The position numbers and the translations under genes were made by a program. The notes beneath the pieces are model-generated. The model was not told the DNA's origin and made no database searches. It was given only the letters and a program-made list of their open reading frames with translations. This document shows positions 1 through 13,411 of a stretch of 64,000 bases of DNA, piece after piece. Every line of letters begins with the position of its first letter. Positions within the stretch are counted from its first letter, which is position 1. The stretch lies in assembly GCA_009602735.1 (NCBI GenBank), contig WELA01001229.1, forward strand, positions 106,820 to 170,819. The letters are read 5' to 3'. This stretch comes from Mesotaenium endlicherianum. Its lineage: Eukaryota.

Positions 1-1299
1 ACCTCTACCTCTAGACTGAATAGCATTGTACTCATACTCATATTCATCACCCTGATTATCCTCAGCCTGGTCTCCTTCAACTGCATTGTAGGAACCGTGG
101 GGCTTTTTGACAATCTTAGACACCAAAGCGTTACTCTGGCGCTTGTGATTGAACTGCTGTTGATCCCAGGCGTCAGCATCCTGGATCAAGTCAGCCAGTT
201 TCTCATACTTTTTCTCAGCAAAATGACCAGAGACCTCGGATTTCAAGCCATACCTGAAGTATGCTATCCTATACCGTTCTGGCAAATCAGGCTGCTTCAT
301 CATGTTCTCTTGGAACTTTTGAGCAAACTCAGCAATTGAAGTGGTCTGCTTCAGCGTCAGGGAGATCATCGCATAGATAGCTTTCTCCTGCTGGTTGATG
401 ACATCAAATTTCTCATGCAACTTCTCGACAAACTCTACCCACGTAGGGTCACCGAGTTGCCGAGCCTTACGCTCTCCTTTCCAGTAAAGCCACGAGTCTG
501 CGGCACTGACTTTCATTAGCGCACCGACGTGCCTGACCTTCTCGTGATCTTGCAGCTCTGGGTAGTTCTCCAGCCACTGCTCAACATCCGCGAAAAACTT
601 AAACAGGTAATATTTTCTGTTTCCCTCAGGATCATATTCCTGGGGAGGTTTCGGCTTGGGCTTACTAGGCCCTCGGCCACCACCACTAGTGGTTTGAGAC
701 CCCAGTTGGTCTCTGTCCCGCAGTGGGGACATTATGATTCTTTTGTCCTCCTGTTGGGACTGATACATGGTCGCCATTTGCGACTGCATCTGAACGGACA
801 ATGCTCCCAAGTCTACACTCTGGGGTGGTAGATTAGCAAATGCAATAGCAGCATTGACCTCTACTCGCTGAGTAGTGTCCTCAACAGTCCCTCTCGCTCT
901 TGCAGCTGCAATTCTCGCCGCATTCAGCCGGTCACGTATTTGACCTAGGGTTACATTGAGTTGTACAGCAGGGGGTGGGTTAAGAACATTGGCCCTTGAT
1001 GCCATGAGTTCCTCGACAATGCGCTTGTCAGCTGGCTGTCTTTCCCTCCTTTTTGTATCTTCAGCGGCCTTTGCTCCTTGTTCAGCTTCTAGCCTGGCTC
1101 TCTCCTCCTCAGCTTGCTGAGCTGCGACTGCGGCAATAGCAGCTGCCTCATCTGCAGCCTCCCTACCTGCAGTATCCGCTATCGCTTCCGAATAGGTACG
1201 GTTTCCCGCTACATGGCTTTCCGCCTGGTTTTCGACATTCTCGTTGACCTGGTTCTCCATGTCTCGGGAGTTGCTAGTTTGAGACCTTGTCCTTACCAT
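1..1299 (-). CDS. gag: Gag of A1 (partial, runs off window)
   Basis: Starts MVRTRSQTSNSRDMENQ at 1299; colinear with the 492-aa Gag at 52046-53524. Confidence 0.85.
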   Translation of the reverse strand, partial: MVRTRSQTSNSRDMENQVNENVENQAESHVAGNRTYSEAIADTAGREAADEAAAIAAVAAQQAEEERARLEAEQGAKAAEDTKRRERQPADKRIVEELMASRANVLNPPPAVQLNVTLGQIRDRLNAARIAAARARGTVEDTTQRVEVNAAIAFANLPPQSVDLGALSVQMQSQMATMYQSQQEDKRIIMSPLRDRDQLGSQTTSGGGRGPSKPKPKPPQEYDPEGNRKYYLFKFFADVEQWLENYPELQDHEKVRHVGALMKVSAADSWLYWKGERKARQLGDPTWVEFVEKLHEKFDVINQQEKAIYAMISLTLKQTTSIAEFAQKFQENMMKQPDLPERYRIAYFRYGLKSEVSGHFAEKKYEKLADLIQDADAWDQQQFNHKRQSNALVSKIVKKPHGSYNAVEGDQAEDNQGDEYEYEYNAIQSRGRG

Positions 1300-1320
1300 A
1301 CAAAGAAGACTGTGATAACT

Positions 1321-1332
1321 GCTCCAATACCA
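1321..1332 (-). other. Primer binding site, tRNA-iMet type (TGGTATTGGAGC)
   Basis: Lies 1 nt from the LTR end; close to the canonical TGGTATCAGAGC. Confidence 0.85.
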
Positions 1333-1333
1333 C

Positions 1334-1985
1334 TGAAATGAATCGACTTACCAAATAGGCAATTTAACAATTAATAAAGATCTTTATATCAGCAAGTAAT
1401 CTTTATGGTAATTCCGTTAACTGGTTTAACGGCAAAGGACAACACACTAGCAGTGAATAATACTCGTCAGTCAAATGCGAGTAAACTAGCATCAATAATG
1501 CAAATCAGTAAACTCATACATAAGCAAGGTTAGAAGACAGTGCGTATCAATGGCTTCTCGCCTTGGATTCAGATCTCTCTCAGTAAGCTGTACAAGAGAG
1601 TTGGCCTCGTTTCCGAATGCCGAACTCGAGAGCAATGCCTAGCATATGTACATGGAATGAGTTTACTGTTCAACGGTCAGTGCGATGGCACCGCCTACCC
1701 GGGAGTTAACCACGTTGGTAGGACCTCGGTTAACCAAATCCACCGCCATCTCCCATCATCCCGAATCGCCATCCATCATAGGGATGTCATTTGGCGATTC
1801 ATCTAGCATACCACACTTAGATGCATCTCGAGGCAGTTCGCTGCTACCGAGTACGGAAGTCAGCTGGCTGTCAAAGAATGTGTCAGCAAGCTGACTTAAG
1901 TTGACTTCAGCCTGTTGCTTTCGGCCGAGTCATTAAATTGATATTAGATATGAAGTCCAGCAGACTGATTATTAACTAGAGTTCA
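1334..1985 (-). repeat. Family A LTR, truncated (~70 bp missing at its 5' end)
   Basis: Matches other A LTRs up to ...ACTAGAGTTCA, then a second LTR starts immediately. Confidence 0.9.
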
Positions 1986-2705
1986 TGAAATGAATCGACT
2001 TACCCAATTGGCGATTAACAATTAATAAAGATCTTTATATAAGCAAGTAATCTTTATGGTATTTTCCGTTAACTGGTTTAACGGCAAAGGACAACACACT
2101 AGCAGTGAATAATACTCGTCAGTCAAATGAGAGTAAACTAGCATTAATAATGCAAATCAGTAAACTCATACATAAGCAAGGTTAGAAGACAGTGCGTATC
2201 AATGGCTTCTCGCCTTGGATTCAGATCTCTCTCAGTAAGCTGTACAAGAGAGTTGGCCTCGTGTCCGAATGCCGAACCCGAGAGCAATGCCTAGCGTATG
2301 TACATGGAATGAGTTTACTGTTCAACGGTCAGTGCGATGGCACCGCCTACCCGGGAGTTAACCACGTTGGTAGGACCTCGGTTAACCAAATCCACCGCCA
2401 TCTCCCATCATCCCGAATAGCCCTCCATCATGGGGACGTCATCTGGCCATTCATCTAGCAGGTGGTACTTAGATGCATATCAAGGCAGTTCGCTGCTACC
2501 GAGCACGGAAGTCAACTGGCTGTCAAAGAATGGGTCAGCAAGCTGACTTATATGGGTTTCAGCTTGCTGCTTCCGGCTGAGTCATTAAACTGATAATTAT
2601 GTAAAGTCCAGCAGACTGACTATTAACTAAAGTTCAGCAAGCTGAACTTAATTAACTATTATATTTAAATGAATATTCTATCCACTAATATACTGATTCA
2701 TTACA
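1986..2705 (-). repeat. Family A LTR, full length (~720 bp)
   Basis: + strand TGAAATGAATC...GATTCATTACA terminal inverted repeats; homologous to 38796-39517. Confidence 0.93.
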
Positions 2706-3396
2706 CAAATGGGCAAGTAAGCAAGGGGAGAAAGACATGTATGCGGTCAGGACCCAGCAACCCCCACCTGTACCCAAAAGGGGGAGGTCAGCAGAATACT
2801 CTTTTTTTGGGAACGGCTGGAGGAGATGACCAAAGAGACTCCAGAAGTCTCAGAGGAACAGGAGGACAAATAGGAGGAAGGCGCCGGAGAGGGATCTAGT
2901 CCTGTTGAGGCACAGACCCCTGCTGCATCCCCCACTCTACAGCAGACTGGAAGAGCCTTTGCACAGGCAAACTCTGCAGCAGCTTGGGGATACCAGCCCA
3001 CCAAGAGACCCAGATCTCCAGTGGCTAGGGAGTTTCAGCAGGACGAGTCCCACCCCAGGAGGTGAGACTCGATCAGATAGAGCAGACAGAACGGCTGCCA
3101 AGAAGGCAACCAGAGGGCAGCCAGCATCCCCCTCTCATAGAGGGCATGTACCCTTAGCCCATGTCATGCAGCACCCCTCCGGTATGCCAGTATATGTCCT
3201 TGTCAGTTTGAGAGCTGCACAAGAGAGAGCAGTCTTCATCGACATGCAGACTGTGCAAGAGCAGGATGCCCAATTGCTGCGTTCACCGCTTGGTTCACCC
3301 TGGTCTGAGCCCCCAAGTTTTAGGAGGCCATCAGACAGGAGAAGGAGATCCAGTTCCAGGTCTCGCTTCCCAGAAGATAGAGCCCCTGGTACTTAG
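2706..3396 (+). pseudogene. 3' fragment of family A accessory ORF3 (frameshifted)
   Basis: Encodes KWASKQGEKDMYAVRTQQPPP...GHVPLAHVMQHPSGMPVYV...LRSP...RAPGT*, homologous to 11750-13411 and 46415-47993. Confidence 0.85.
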
Positions 3397-3752
3397 TATG
3401 CTGTTGTCTTTGTTTTAAAATCAGTTGATTGTGTTTCATGTGTGTTACCCTGTTGTAAATAATAGTAGGAAGTATTGTCGAGTCGACAACAATATAAGTT
3501 GGAGGGATTGTAATGAATCGGTATATTGGATAGATATAGTATTAATTTAAATATAATACTTAATTGAGTTCAGCCTGCTGAACTTTAGTTAATAGTAAGT
3601 CTGCTGGATATTTGATACTTAGTTAAATGACTCAGCCAAGAGCAGCAGGCTGAAGTCAATTAGGTCAGCCTGTTGACTTGGGTCAGCTTGCTTACACATT
3701 CTTTGATAGTCAGCTGGCTGCCGTACTCGGCAGCAGCGCACTGCCTAGCTAT

Positions 3753-4254
3753 TGTAGTGATTTAAATTATAATATATTAATTTGCATATATTTTAATGCT
3801 TTTGAATGTATTTGGAGTAGTATTGTGTAGAGTCAAGTGTGAATCGATACTCTAGTGACTTGGTTCATGTCCTTTGAACTCTCTAAGGCATTTTCAAAGT
3901 TGGAGGAAGGACCTAGAAGAACTCCATGCGGCAAAAGTCTAATGTGCCATTTTTAGGTCAATAGGACATGTGTACATTATTCTTGAAAGAGGTGGCAAGT
4001 TTTGGGATGTGTTGGGTGCCAACACATCAGCATGCACCTTCCTAGGATTACTTATGTAGCAAGTATATAAACAAGAGCTAGAACATAGAAAGACAGTCCA
4101 GAAGCTCTCTTATACTTGCCAAATTCCAGAAATATATTAACTTTCAAGAAGCCATCTCTCTTTCAAGAAGCTACGACTTGTGTTCAAAGATCCTTGTCTT
4201 GAATAGATAAAGTATTGTATTCTACTAAGTAATTTATCTATCTGTTTCACTTCA
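3753..4254 (+). repeat. B1 5' LTR (~500 bp)
   Basis: TGTAGTGA...TCACTTCA, followed by the PBS; homologous to 23736-24238, 39734-40236 and 45911-46414. Confidence 0.92.
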
Positions 4255-4291
4255 ATGGTATCAGAGCTAGGCACTTTGGTAGCACAAGAAG

Positions 4292-7200
4292 ATGGCCGAT
4301 CCTCAAGACCAACAGCAAGTTTTTGAAGGAAACACTTCATCTCCAAAAGACCTTCCTCCAGCGCCGACCAAAGAGCACACTCAAGAAAATCTGCAATAAC
4401 AAGAAGCACCACAAGGAGAAGCACCGTCAAATCTCGTGGCAGCCGCTATAGCAAAGTTGACGCCACCACAAGGAGTTCCCGCAAATGAGTGGGCAGCCTT
4501 CCTAATGACTGTCCACAACCAAGTGGCCTTGGCCACCTATGAAGCAACCGTGCAAGCGTCAAGAGAAGCTATGGCTGCCATGGTAGCCCCTATTGCAAGC
4601 AACGCTCAAGATCCAGCCCCGGCTCAAGCGCCTCCACAAGAGCCTACGAGAGCAAGGAAACTCATCAAGCCCGGCAAACCCGACACTTTCAATCCCCGGA
4701 AAGGAGCCAACCTGAATTTATGGCTCTACCAAGTGGAGACGTACCTCGCATTCCTTGAAGTACTCGAGGAGGACTACGTTCCCTTTGCCGTTACCTTACT
4801 TAGAGGAGCAGCAACATCATGGTGGCGTAACTATCAAGCGGCTATATATCAAGCTATGGCGCACTCTGTGTTCGGCAAAGAGCCCCCACCATCATATGCA
4901 AGATGGGCAGATTTTCGTGAGGCCCTCAAGAACAAATTCATGCGCATCAATGCGGAGAAGATTGCCCGAGGAAAGCTCCACCATCTCAAGCAAACGACGT
5001 CCGTTCAAGAGTATACATCCAGATTTCACGCCCTCATTCTTGAGATCCCCAACATGTCTCTCGAGGAGAAAATTGATCGCTACATCTTTGGCCTCAAGCC
5101 CAAGGTGGCAAAGGAAGAGGAATTACGCAACTTGACGAACTTCTCAAAGATTATTGAAGTAGCTCAAAAGGTGGATACCTTGGATTTCAAGCACTCCTTG
5201 CCTTCATCTTCACGGGCACCGGCGACGCGGGTGTACGCAACCCCTTCCACATCCGAATCTGGACCCACACTCATGGAAATCGGTGTTATTAAAAGGGACC
5301 CCGCAGCTGCCCGGAAGAGTGGAAGACCCTCCAATGACACTTATGATGCAAGAAACCAGTAGGGAGTGAAAGCAAGACTCTCTCGGGCTGAAAAAGAAGC
5401 TCTCATGACGGCTGGACTATGCTTTTATTGCAAGAGAAAGGGCCATCGTGCACTCTCATGCCCCAAAAAGTTGTCCAAAAGCGGACAGCGCCGGTAGGCC
5501 AGGAGCCTACCACCCCAAGACCCACTTCACGAGAAGGCAACAAGCCAAGTGAGGTGGAGACCCCCGTTGAAGACGACGTTCCTGCCCCAATGAGTTTGAG
5601 AGGTTACCTTGGAGGAGAGAAGGTTCACATCTTGGTGGATAGCGGAGCTCAAGGCAACTTCATGGCTGCAGATTTTGCCACCAAGCACGGTATTACTATG
5701 CGAACTCTTGACCACGACGAGGAGATTATGATGCCCGATGGATTCTCCTATACTACCCCTTCCAAGAAGACGTACCCCTTGGCACTCTCTATCAAGTCCT
5801 TCAAGGATAGAGTAGTGTTCTCCCCCATGCAATTGGGCAAGTACGACGTCATCCTAGGGACGCCTTGGTTGACCAAGCACAATCCCCAAGTTGATTGGAG
5901 GGACGGTACCATCAAGATCAAGAACGACATCACTTCAAGAATCTGTNAGATCAAGAATGACATCACTTCAAGAATCTGTATTTTGCGCGCAATGCAGAAT
6001 ATCCAGACCCAAGGCATCAAGAAGCCGGCACGCGAGATACTATTATCTGCCCTCCAACTCAAGAGACTTGTGACGAAGGGACACGAGCTTCTTTTGGCCT
6101 TGATCACGCCAAAAGACATCAAGAAAGACATCGAGAGTCAAGAAGGCAGCCCCATTCCCAAGGAGATACAAGAAGTCTTGGAGGACTACAAAGAAGTATT
6201 CTCTCCGGAATTGCCCAAGGGCCTACCCCTCAAGAGATTCGTAGACCACAAGATAGAGTTGGAGCCAGGAAGCAAACCCATCTCTCGGCCTACGTTTAAG
6301 ATGTCATACACGGAGCTCGACGAAGTCAAGAAGCAAATCAAGGAGCTACTGGAGCATGGCTTTATTCGACCTAGCAAGTCGCCATTTGGAGTCCCGGTGC
6401 TATTTGTCAAGAAAAAGGATGGTACCTTGAGGATGTGTGTGGACTATCGCGCCCTCAACAAGATCATCATCAAGAATCGATACCCGCTGCCGCGCATGGA
6501 TGAGCTCATGGACCGGCTGGTTGGAGCCAAGTACTCACGAAGGTGGACTTGAGAAGCAGGTATCACCAGATTTGCACCGCTAAACCTGACATAGAGAATA
6601 CGACATTCAGGACAAGATATGAACATTTTGAGTTCATGGTCTTGCCATTTGGACTCACCAACGCGCCAGCAACTTTCATGACTATGATGAACACCATAAT
6701 TCAGCCCATGTTGGACAGCCTTGTGGTGGTAATCATCGACGACATCCTTATCTACAGCGAGACCCTTGAAGAGCATGCAAGACCCTTGAAAGAAGTCCTC
6801 GAAGTATTGAAGAAAAACAAGCTATTCGCAAAGGAGTCGAAGTGCGAGTTTGCCAAACAAGAAGTGGAGTTCCTAGGTCTCCACGTGACTGCTGATGGCA
6901 TCAAGATGGACCCCAAGAAGACCATGGTGGTGGAGGAATGGCCAACCCCCACTACCAAGAAAGAACTCCAGTNTACCAAGAAAGAACTCCAATCATTCTT
7001 GAGATTTGCCAATTGGTACAGGAGATTCATCCAGAGCTTCTCGCACATAGCCGCCCCCCTCACGGATCTACTCAAGAAGGACAAGCCATACATGTTTGGA
7101 CCAAAAAAGAGGAGGAAGCGTTCCAATAGTTGAAGCAAAGATTGACGACATCCCCGGTGCTTACACTCCCAAGTCCATATCCAAATTGGCTCTTCCACGT

Positions 7201-8938
7201 CATCACCGATGCATCTTTTTATGCAATAGGAGCAATCATGCTTCAAGACCAAGGCAAGGAACTGCAGCCCATTGCCTACAAGTCAAGGAAGCTAAATCCA
7301 GTTCAGCAAAATTATACAATCACGGAGCGAGAGGCGTTGGCGATTATACATCCCTTGAAGGTTTGGCGCTGCTACATTGAAGGACGCAAGGTGCTGGTCA
7401 TTACGGACCACGAGGCGTTGAAGCACCTCCAGACGCAGCCATATCTCTCAAGAAGACAAGCAAGATGGAGCGGATATTTGCAACAATACAACTTCACAAT
7501 TTAGTACCAGGTTGGCAAGACAAACCCGGCTGACCCCCTCTCAAGACTGCAATTAAACGCAGTGATGACATCTCTGACAACAGATCTGGAAGCTCGATTT
7601 TCAGCCGCCTATGAAAGAGACCCTTACAACAAGAATGGAGAAGCGGCCTTGGACCCATACAAGAAGCAAGAAGGCAGTTATTGGGTGAGGCAAGACACGG
7701 GCCAGAGATGTGTTCCTAATGACTTAGACCTCCGGCTCTTGCTTCTACGAGAAGCACCCGACAACCCTCTTGGAGGACACTTGGGAATCCTAAAGACCAC
7801 AGGCGATCTAGCCAGGACTTATTGTTGGCCAGGCATGTCTAAGCAAGTCAGGGAATACTGCAGGGGCTGTGACACATGCCAAAGAATCAAGCCATCATTG
7901 CAAAAGGTGGGAGGATTCCTTCAACCACTACCGATCCATGAAAGACAATGGACGGACATCTCAATGGACCTTATCGTAGACCTGGCCGTGACACCTCGAG
8001 GCCATAATGCAATACTCACGGTGGTGGACAGACTTACCAAGATGGCTCATTTTATTCTCACAACGACTAAGGCTACAGCACCACAACTTGCAAGACTCAT
8101 CTTTGACAACAACTTCCGACTCCATGGACTACCATCGAGAATTGTGTCGGATAGAGATCCAAGATTCACAAGCCATTTTTGGAAAAATCTATTCAAGAAC
8201 TTGGGAACATTGCTAGATATGTCCACTGTCTACCACCCGCAATCAGATGGGCAAACCGAGCATATGAATCGTACCCGAAAGACCTCGCTAAAGGCCTACG
8301 TGTCTATTGTGGAGCAAGATTGGGACATGTACTTGACCCCCCTGGAGTTTGCCTACAACAACACAACGCAGGCCTTTACCCAAGAGTCCCCATTCTTCCT
8401 CAACTATGGCTTCCATCCAACCACGCCGCTAAGCTTCACGGCTGGCCATGATGAAGTACTTGCAGCAAGAGATTTTATGGAGACATTAGAAGCGACCCTT
8501 ACAGCAGCGAAGAAAGCTCTACAACAGGCGCAAGATGCTCAAGCAAGAGTCGCAAACAGGTCCAGAAGAGAAATTACGTACAGAGTGGGTGACAACGTGT
8601 TACTATCATCCACGAATATTTCCCTGAACAACAGGCCTGCCGGCACCAAGTTCTCACCCAAGTATTTGGGACCCTTCAAGATTATCCAGCAAGTCAACCC
8701 TGTTGCTTTCAAGCTAGAACTTCCCCAGACTATGCACATCGACCCCGTATTCCATGCTTCCCTCTTCAAGCCATATGTGCAACCCGACAGCAAGTTCCCA
8801 GGACGTGTGACAACCCCACCAGCCCCAACAATAGTGGATGATCATTTGGAGTACAAAGTGGAAGACATAGTGGCTATGAGAAATTTCAGGAGACAGCAGC
8901 AATACTTGATCAAGTAGAAAGGATATCTAGACTTGGAG
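4292..8938 (+). pseudogene. B1 gag-pol (Gag, protease, RT, RNase H, integrase, start of chromodomain) with stops and frameshifts
   Basis: Fragments 4436-5362, 5419-6552, 6543-7133, 7130-7504 and 7562-8917 match intact B2 (LVDSGA protease motif, [11 protein letters not shown] motif). The pol tail resumes at 22768. Confidence 0.93.
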
Positions 8939-9675
8939 TGTAAGGTCATAGGTTTATAAAGTGCATTTTTGAGTTTCATGAAAGTATGTTTTGTATAGTA
9001 GTGTAGAATGCATATATGAAATCATTTTGATATAAAGTTCATCGAATTTGGTCAAGTGTTGAGAGAGTTATGGATTTTCGAAGTTTAATTAGCTTTGAGG
9101 TCGGTCGACGACTATTCTTAATTTTGGTGAGCGCGACCGTCGGATTGACCGACAGCGTCGAGCGATCTGGCCCGTTAGAGTGAACTCGAATCTTCACGTA
9201 AGTTCGGCTGACGCGGAGTGCCGACTAGGTCGATTTACCTAGAGGTTTCAGTTTAGCCTAGCGCGTCTAAGATAGAATATTCTAGTAATGTTGATGCATG
9301 TATGTGGACGTCAATTCAGCCCGACACGTCAGATGAGACTGATCTGGCTTACTCACAAATATTCTGGAAGGGACAATTTGACGAACACTTAAGAAAATCC
9401 GTAGCTTCCTCCTAGAGAGGAGCTCTTAGGCAAAAAATTATGAATAGGCATAACTTCTTTGTTTCTTATCAATTTTCACTTCTGTAAATTTCGACGGGTT
9501 TGTAATGACAAGGCCTTTCATCCTACATCATTTGTGAGCACTTTCTTGTTACTCAAAATGTTGAGTATTTCCTTAGCTTTCTTAGTGATATGCCGCTGCA
9601 CTCTTTAGTATGATTGCAACCAGTTTCTTTCCTCGTGAGTCACTATGCTTCCACTAGAGCACTTTGCCCCCTTCA
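8939..9675 (+). repeat. C1 5' LTR (~735 bp)
   Basis: TGTAAGG...CCCCTTCA; direct repeat of 22028-22762. Confidence 0.92.
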
Positions 9676-10011
9676 TCTTGTATCGGAGCTGGGCTAGTTT
9701 GCATATTATATTATGGAGTCGCAGTCGGCAACTGGAGGAGGCAAACATGTCGAGCATGTTGAGCACGTGGAGAGCGTGAATCGCCACCTGTTCATCAATG
9801 GATTTTTGGAGTGAAGAAGTTTATGGAGTATTCTGTGCTCACGCCCGACAGGCAAGTCGCCTTTGTCATAACTTTGTTGCAGAAGAGTGCTGGAGTTTGG
9901 TATGAGTGAGAGGAGCAGCTGTCCGGGATTCCTACTACTGTTGATCAGCTCTTTGAAGGCTTGAAGAGGCAATGCTAACCTATTGCACTCGAGGCTACCG
10001 CACGAGATCTA

Positions 10012-10914
10012 TTGGTGCGCCTTCGTCAACGAGGAAGCGTTCAAGAATATGTATCGCGCTTCAACGAGCTGGTGCTTCAATGTCCATCCATGCATGAGTC
10101 GGAGATGATGGACAAGTTCAAGAGGGGACTCAAGCCAACTGTGGCCAAGGAGGTGGCGCTCAAGGACCCTACCAGTCTTGGAGAAATGATGGCATTAGCA
10201 ACCAGGGTCGACACTGTGGAGCATAGTCAGAGGCAGTGGGGCAGCCACAACTGTGGAGGATATCGACATTTTGGATCTCAAGGGCCAAGCACGAGTGTTC
10301 AAGGTCCAGTTTCTATGGAGTTGGGACTTGTTCAGTACCAGCGCAGGCAGCAAAACTCTAAGCCGAGAGGACCTTGCTATGATTGTAACAAGCTTGGACA
10401 TCTGGCTCGAGACTGTCATGTGAAGGCGAAGCAACCTCAACAGCCGAAAAAGGAGGATGCCAGTAAGTCATTTTGAGGTGTCTACTGGCGTGAAGACGAG
10501 AACTCACAAGGAGGTTATCCCCAGGAGCCTGCTGAGAAGCAAAGGGCGAGACGTTGACAAGCCTATCATCGTGGAAGGAGTAGTCGACGGCTACAAGGCG
10601 AAGTGTATGGTCGACAGTGGCGCAAGTGCACACTTTGTGCACAAGAAGCTGGTGAAAGAGTGGCAAATCCCTGTGCAGACGCATTATGAGCCTGAGGAGG
10701 CAATTTTGGCGAATGGGCAGAGACTCAAGTGTGGTGCACCTACGGAAGCTAATCACGTGGAAGTAGCGGGGCACCGGAGTAAGGAAGCTATGGAAGCAGG
10801 CAGAGTTAGGTCACCATGAGGTGATATTGAGCCGACCATGGCTGAGGAAAGCCAACCCTCAAGTGCACTGGAGCACAGAACAAGTGAAAGTCCAAGGGCG
10901 TGATAGTCGAATGG
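10012..10914 (+). pseudogene. C1 gag C-terminal half (CCHC zinc knuckle) and aspartic protease
   Basis: LRQRGSVQEYVSRF, CYDCNKLGHLARDC and MVDSGASAHFV motifs. Confidence 0.85.
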
Positions 10915-11631
10915 TGAAATGAATCGACTTACCAAATAGGCGATTAACAATCAATAAAGATCTTTAAATCAGCAAGTAATATTTATGGATTTTCCGTTAA
11001 CTGATTAAACGGCAAAAGGACAACACACTCGCAGTGAACAACACTCGTAAATCAAATGCGAGTAAACTAGCATCAATAATGCACTCAGTAAACTCATACA
11101 TAAGCAAGGTTAGAAGACAGTGCGTATCAATAGCTTCTCGCCTTGGATTCAGATCTCTCTCAGTAAGCTGTACAAGAGAGTTGGCCTCGTTTCCGAATGC
11201 CGAACTCAAGAGCAATGCCTAGCATATGTACATGGAATGAGTTTACTGTTCAACGGNAATGGCACCGCCTACCCGGGAGNAGTTAACCACGTTGGTAGGA
11301 CCTCGGTTAACCAAATCCACCGCCATCTCCCATCATCCCGAATAGCCATCCATCATAGGGATTTCATCTGGCCATTCATCTAGCATACCACACTTAGATG
11401 CATATCGAGGCAGTTCGTTGCTACCGAGTACGGAAGTCAGCTGGCTGTCAAAGAATGTGTCAGCAAGCTGACTTAAGCTGACTTCAGCCTGCTGCTTCCG
11501 GCTGAGTCATTAAACTGATATTAAATATAAAGTCCAGCAGATTGATTATTAACTAGAGTTCAGCAGGCTAAACTTATTTAACTCTTACATTTAAATGAAT
11601 ATTATATCAACCAATATACTGATTCATTACA
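10915..11631 (-). repeat. A2 3' LTR
   Basis: Direct repeat of 19396-20115; adjacent to the PPT. Confidence 0.93.
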
Positions 11632-11749
11632 ATCCCTCAAACTTAACATGTTGTCGCCTCGACAACACTGACACAGGGTACATAGGTTTCTCCAACTGAA
11701 ATTACTGATCCCTCTCCATCCAGCATAATGTCCCCTTGGCCCTCCACCT

Positions 11750-13411
11750 TTATGAGGGAGATGCCCCTGGGGCCCTATGGTCAAGGGAGTTAGTCCTCCT
11801 CCTGTCTTGGGGTCTTCTGAAGCCTGTCAGAGAGGGAGGTTTCGTGTAGGGACCCGGCGGAGAACGCAGTAACTGTGCTGTTTCCTCCTGCACGGTCTGA
11901 AATTGAATGGAGGCAGCCTTCTGCTGGGCATCCCTCAAACTGACTGGTACATATACCGGCATCCCAGAAGGATGTTGCATGACATCAGCTAAGGGTACAT
12001 GCCCTCTCTGCTGGCTATTTCTCTAGCAGCCCTCCTGTTTGCCCTGTCTGACTGGGTCTCCGTGCCTGGAAATGGGTTTTGTCCTCTGGCAGTTCCCAGC
12101 GAAGTGATATCCTCCTCTTGAGCGAGTTGCTGCAGGGCCAGCCCCGTCTTCTCCCTTACAGGGGATGTGGCAGGTGTCAGGATCACGGCGGGGCTAGTGT
12201 CCTCCTCCTCGCCTTCCTCCTCGTCTTCCTCTGACTCCTCCTCCTCTTCGTCCCCGGGTTCCTCTGAGACTTCTGGGGTCTCTTCTGTCAGCTGCTCCAG
12301 TTTTTTCCGAGAAAAAGAATATCCCACTGACCTTCTCCTTTTGGGTGCTGGTGGGGGCTGCTGAGTCCGGACCGCATACAGGTCCTTTTCCCCCTGCTTG
12401 CTTGCCCATTTGGCATAAGCGTGCTTTCCTTTTGAGAATGACTCTCGGGCCCTGCTTTTGTCCCCCTGTATTTCTTGGCTCATGCAGTCTCTGACTCCAT
12501 CCAATCTTGGGTCCCAAGCCGCAATGTGAGGGGGCACTACTATGTTCCCCTTTAGGTCTGTCAGGAAATCCTCATCCGTCGCCCTGTCATTCTGTTGGTC
12601 CCTCATGTTGATGGTCATTCACCGCCAATTGGTGAGCTTTTGGAAGAAGGCAGGGTCTGTCCTTTTAAAAGTACAAGGGTACCAGTGCCCTGCAAAGTCT
12701 AGCTGACTGGTCTCCCTGGCCAAGAATTTCCAGCTCCTTCTCATTATACATGGCCTTGAACCTGTTATAGGATGTAGAGTCCTTGAACCTGTTATGGGAT
12801 GTAGAGTCCTTAAAGCTGTCCACGTCCATGGGGATCATCCTGATGACCCTATCTTCCCCCCAGATCCCAGGAATTGATACAGCCCCTGCTTCGTTCACCT
12901 GGACCATTGCCTTGGCCTCTCTGACCGTATATCCTACCATCCTGGCGTAATCGTGGTAGAGGAGGAGCCCCGTGCTGACCTCCATATACTTGTCAAAAAT
13001 TTTGGATGTCTCCCCTTCCCTCTGGAGGATGTCAATCTGTGACTCACAGCGACTTCTCTGAGCATACTTGAAGGCCTCCTCCAGTAGATCGAAGCCCTTG
13101 CCCAGTACTGTGTAGCGGTAGCTGCTGATTCAACTCTGCTCTTCTTCAGCCTGCTGCTTCCACTTCTCCTCAGCTTGCCTCTCCTCCTCTGCTTTCTTGG
13201 CCTCCTCTGCAGCTTTTCTGTCCAATTCTTCCTGCCTCAGTCTGGCTTGTTCCTCCTCCTCCTTCTTCTTCTGTGCCTCCCGTTGTTGTTGGAGTCGTTG
13301 TGATTCTCGAGCGGAGATAGAGGATGATTCAATGTCTCCACGGAGTTGCAAGTATTCTGCATGTGCCTCTTCCGCCCTTCTCTTCCTCTTGAGTTCCGAC
13401 TTTTGAGTCAT
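11750..13411 (-). pseudogene. A2 accessory ORF3 (unknown function; stops and frameshifts)
   Basis: Pieces 13130-13420, 12665-12985, 11989-12618 and 11750-11980 align in order with the 535-aa ORF at 46410-48017. Confidence 0.85.

Larger units (their letters stand above)
1..2705 (-). mobile_element. Ty3/Gypsy LTR retrotransposon family A, copy A1 (5' end only; continues beyond window start)
   Basis: gag is near-identical to 52046-53524. PBS at 1321-1332, then LTR sequence 1334-2705 with TG..CA termini. It interrupts ORF3 of A0 at 2706. Confidence 0.9.

Noticed and set aside
1540..1806. Recurrent 88-aa ORF (MRINGFSPWIQ...) in every family A LTR
   Set aside because: It has a GTG start, is antisense to the element, and recurs only because the LTRs are near-identical. 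It is altered or truncated in several copies (24304, 53765). No coding evidence.
5910..5980. Short direct duplications around single N bases (also ~6973, 11280, 14150)
   Set aside because: Typical contig-overlap artefacts, so some apparent frameshifts in B1 and A2 may not be real.
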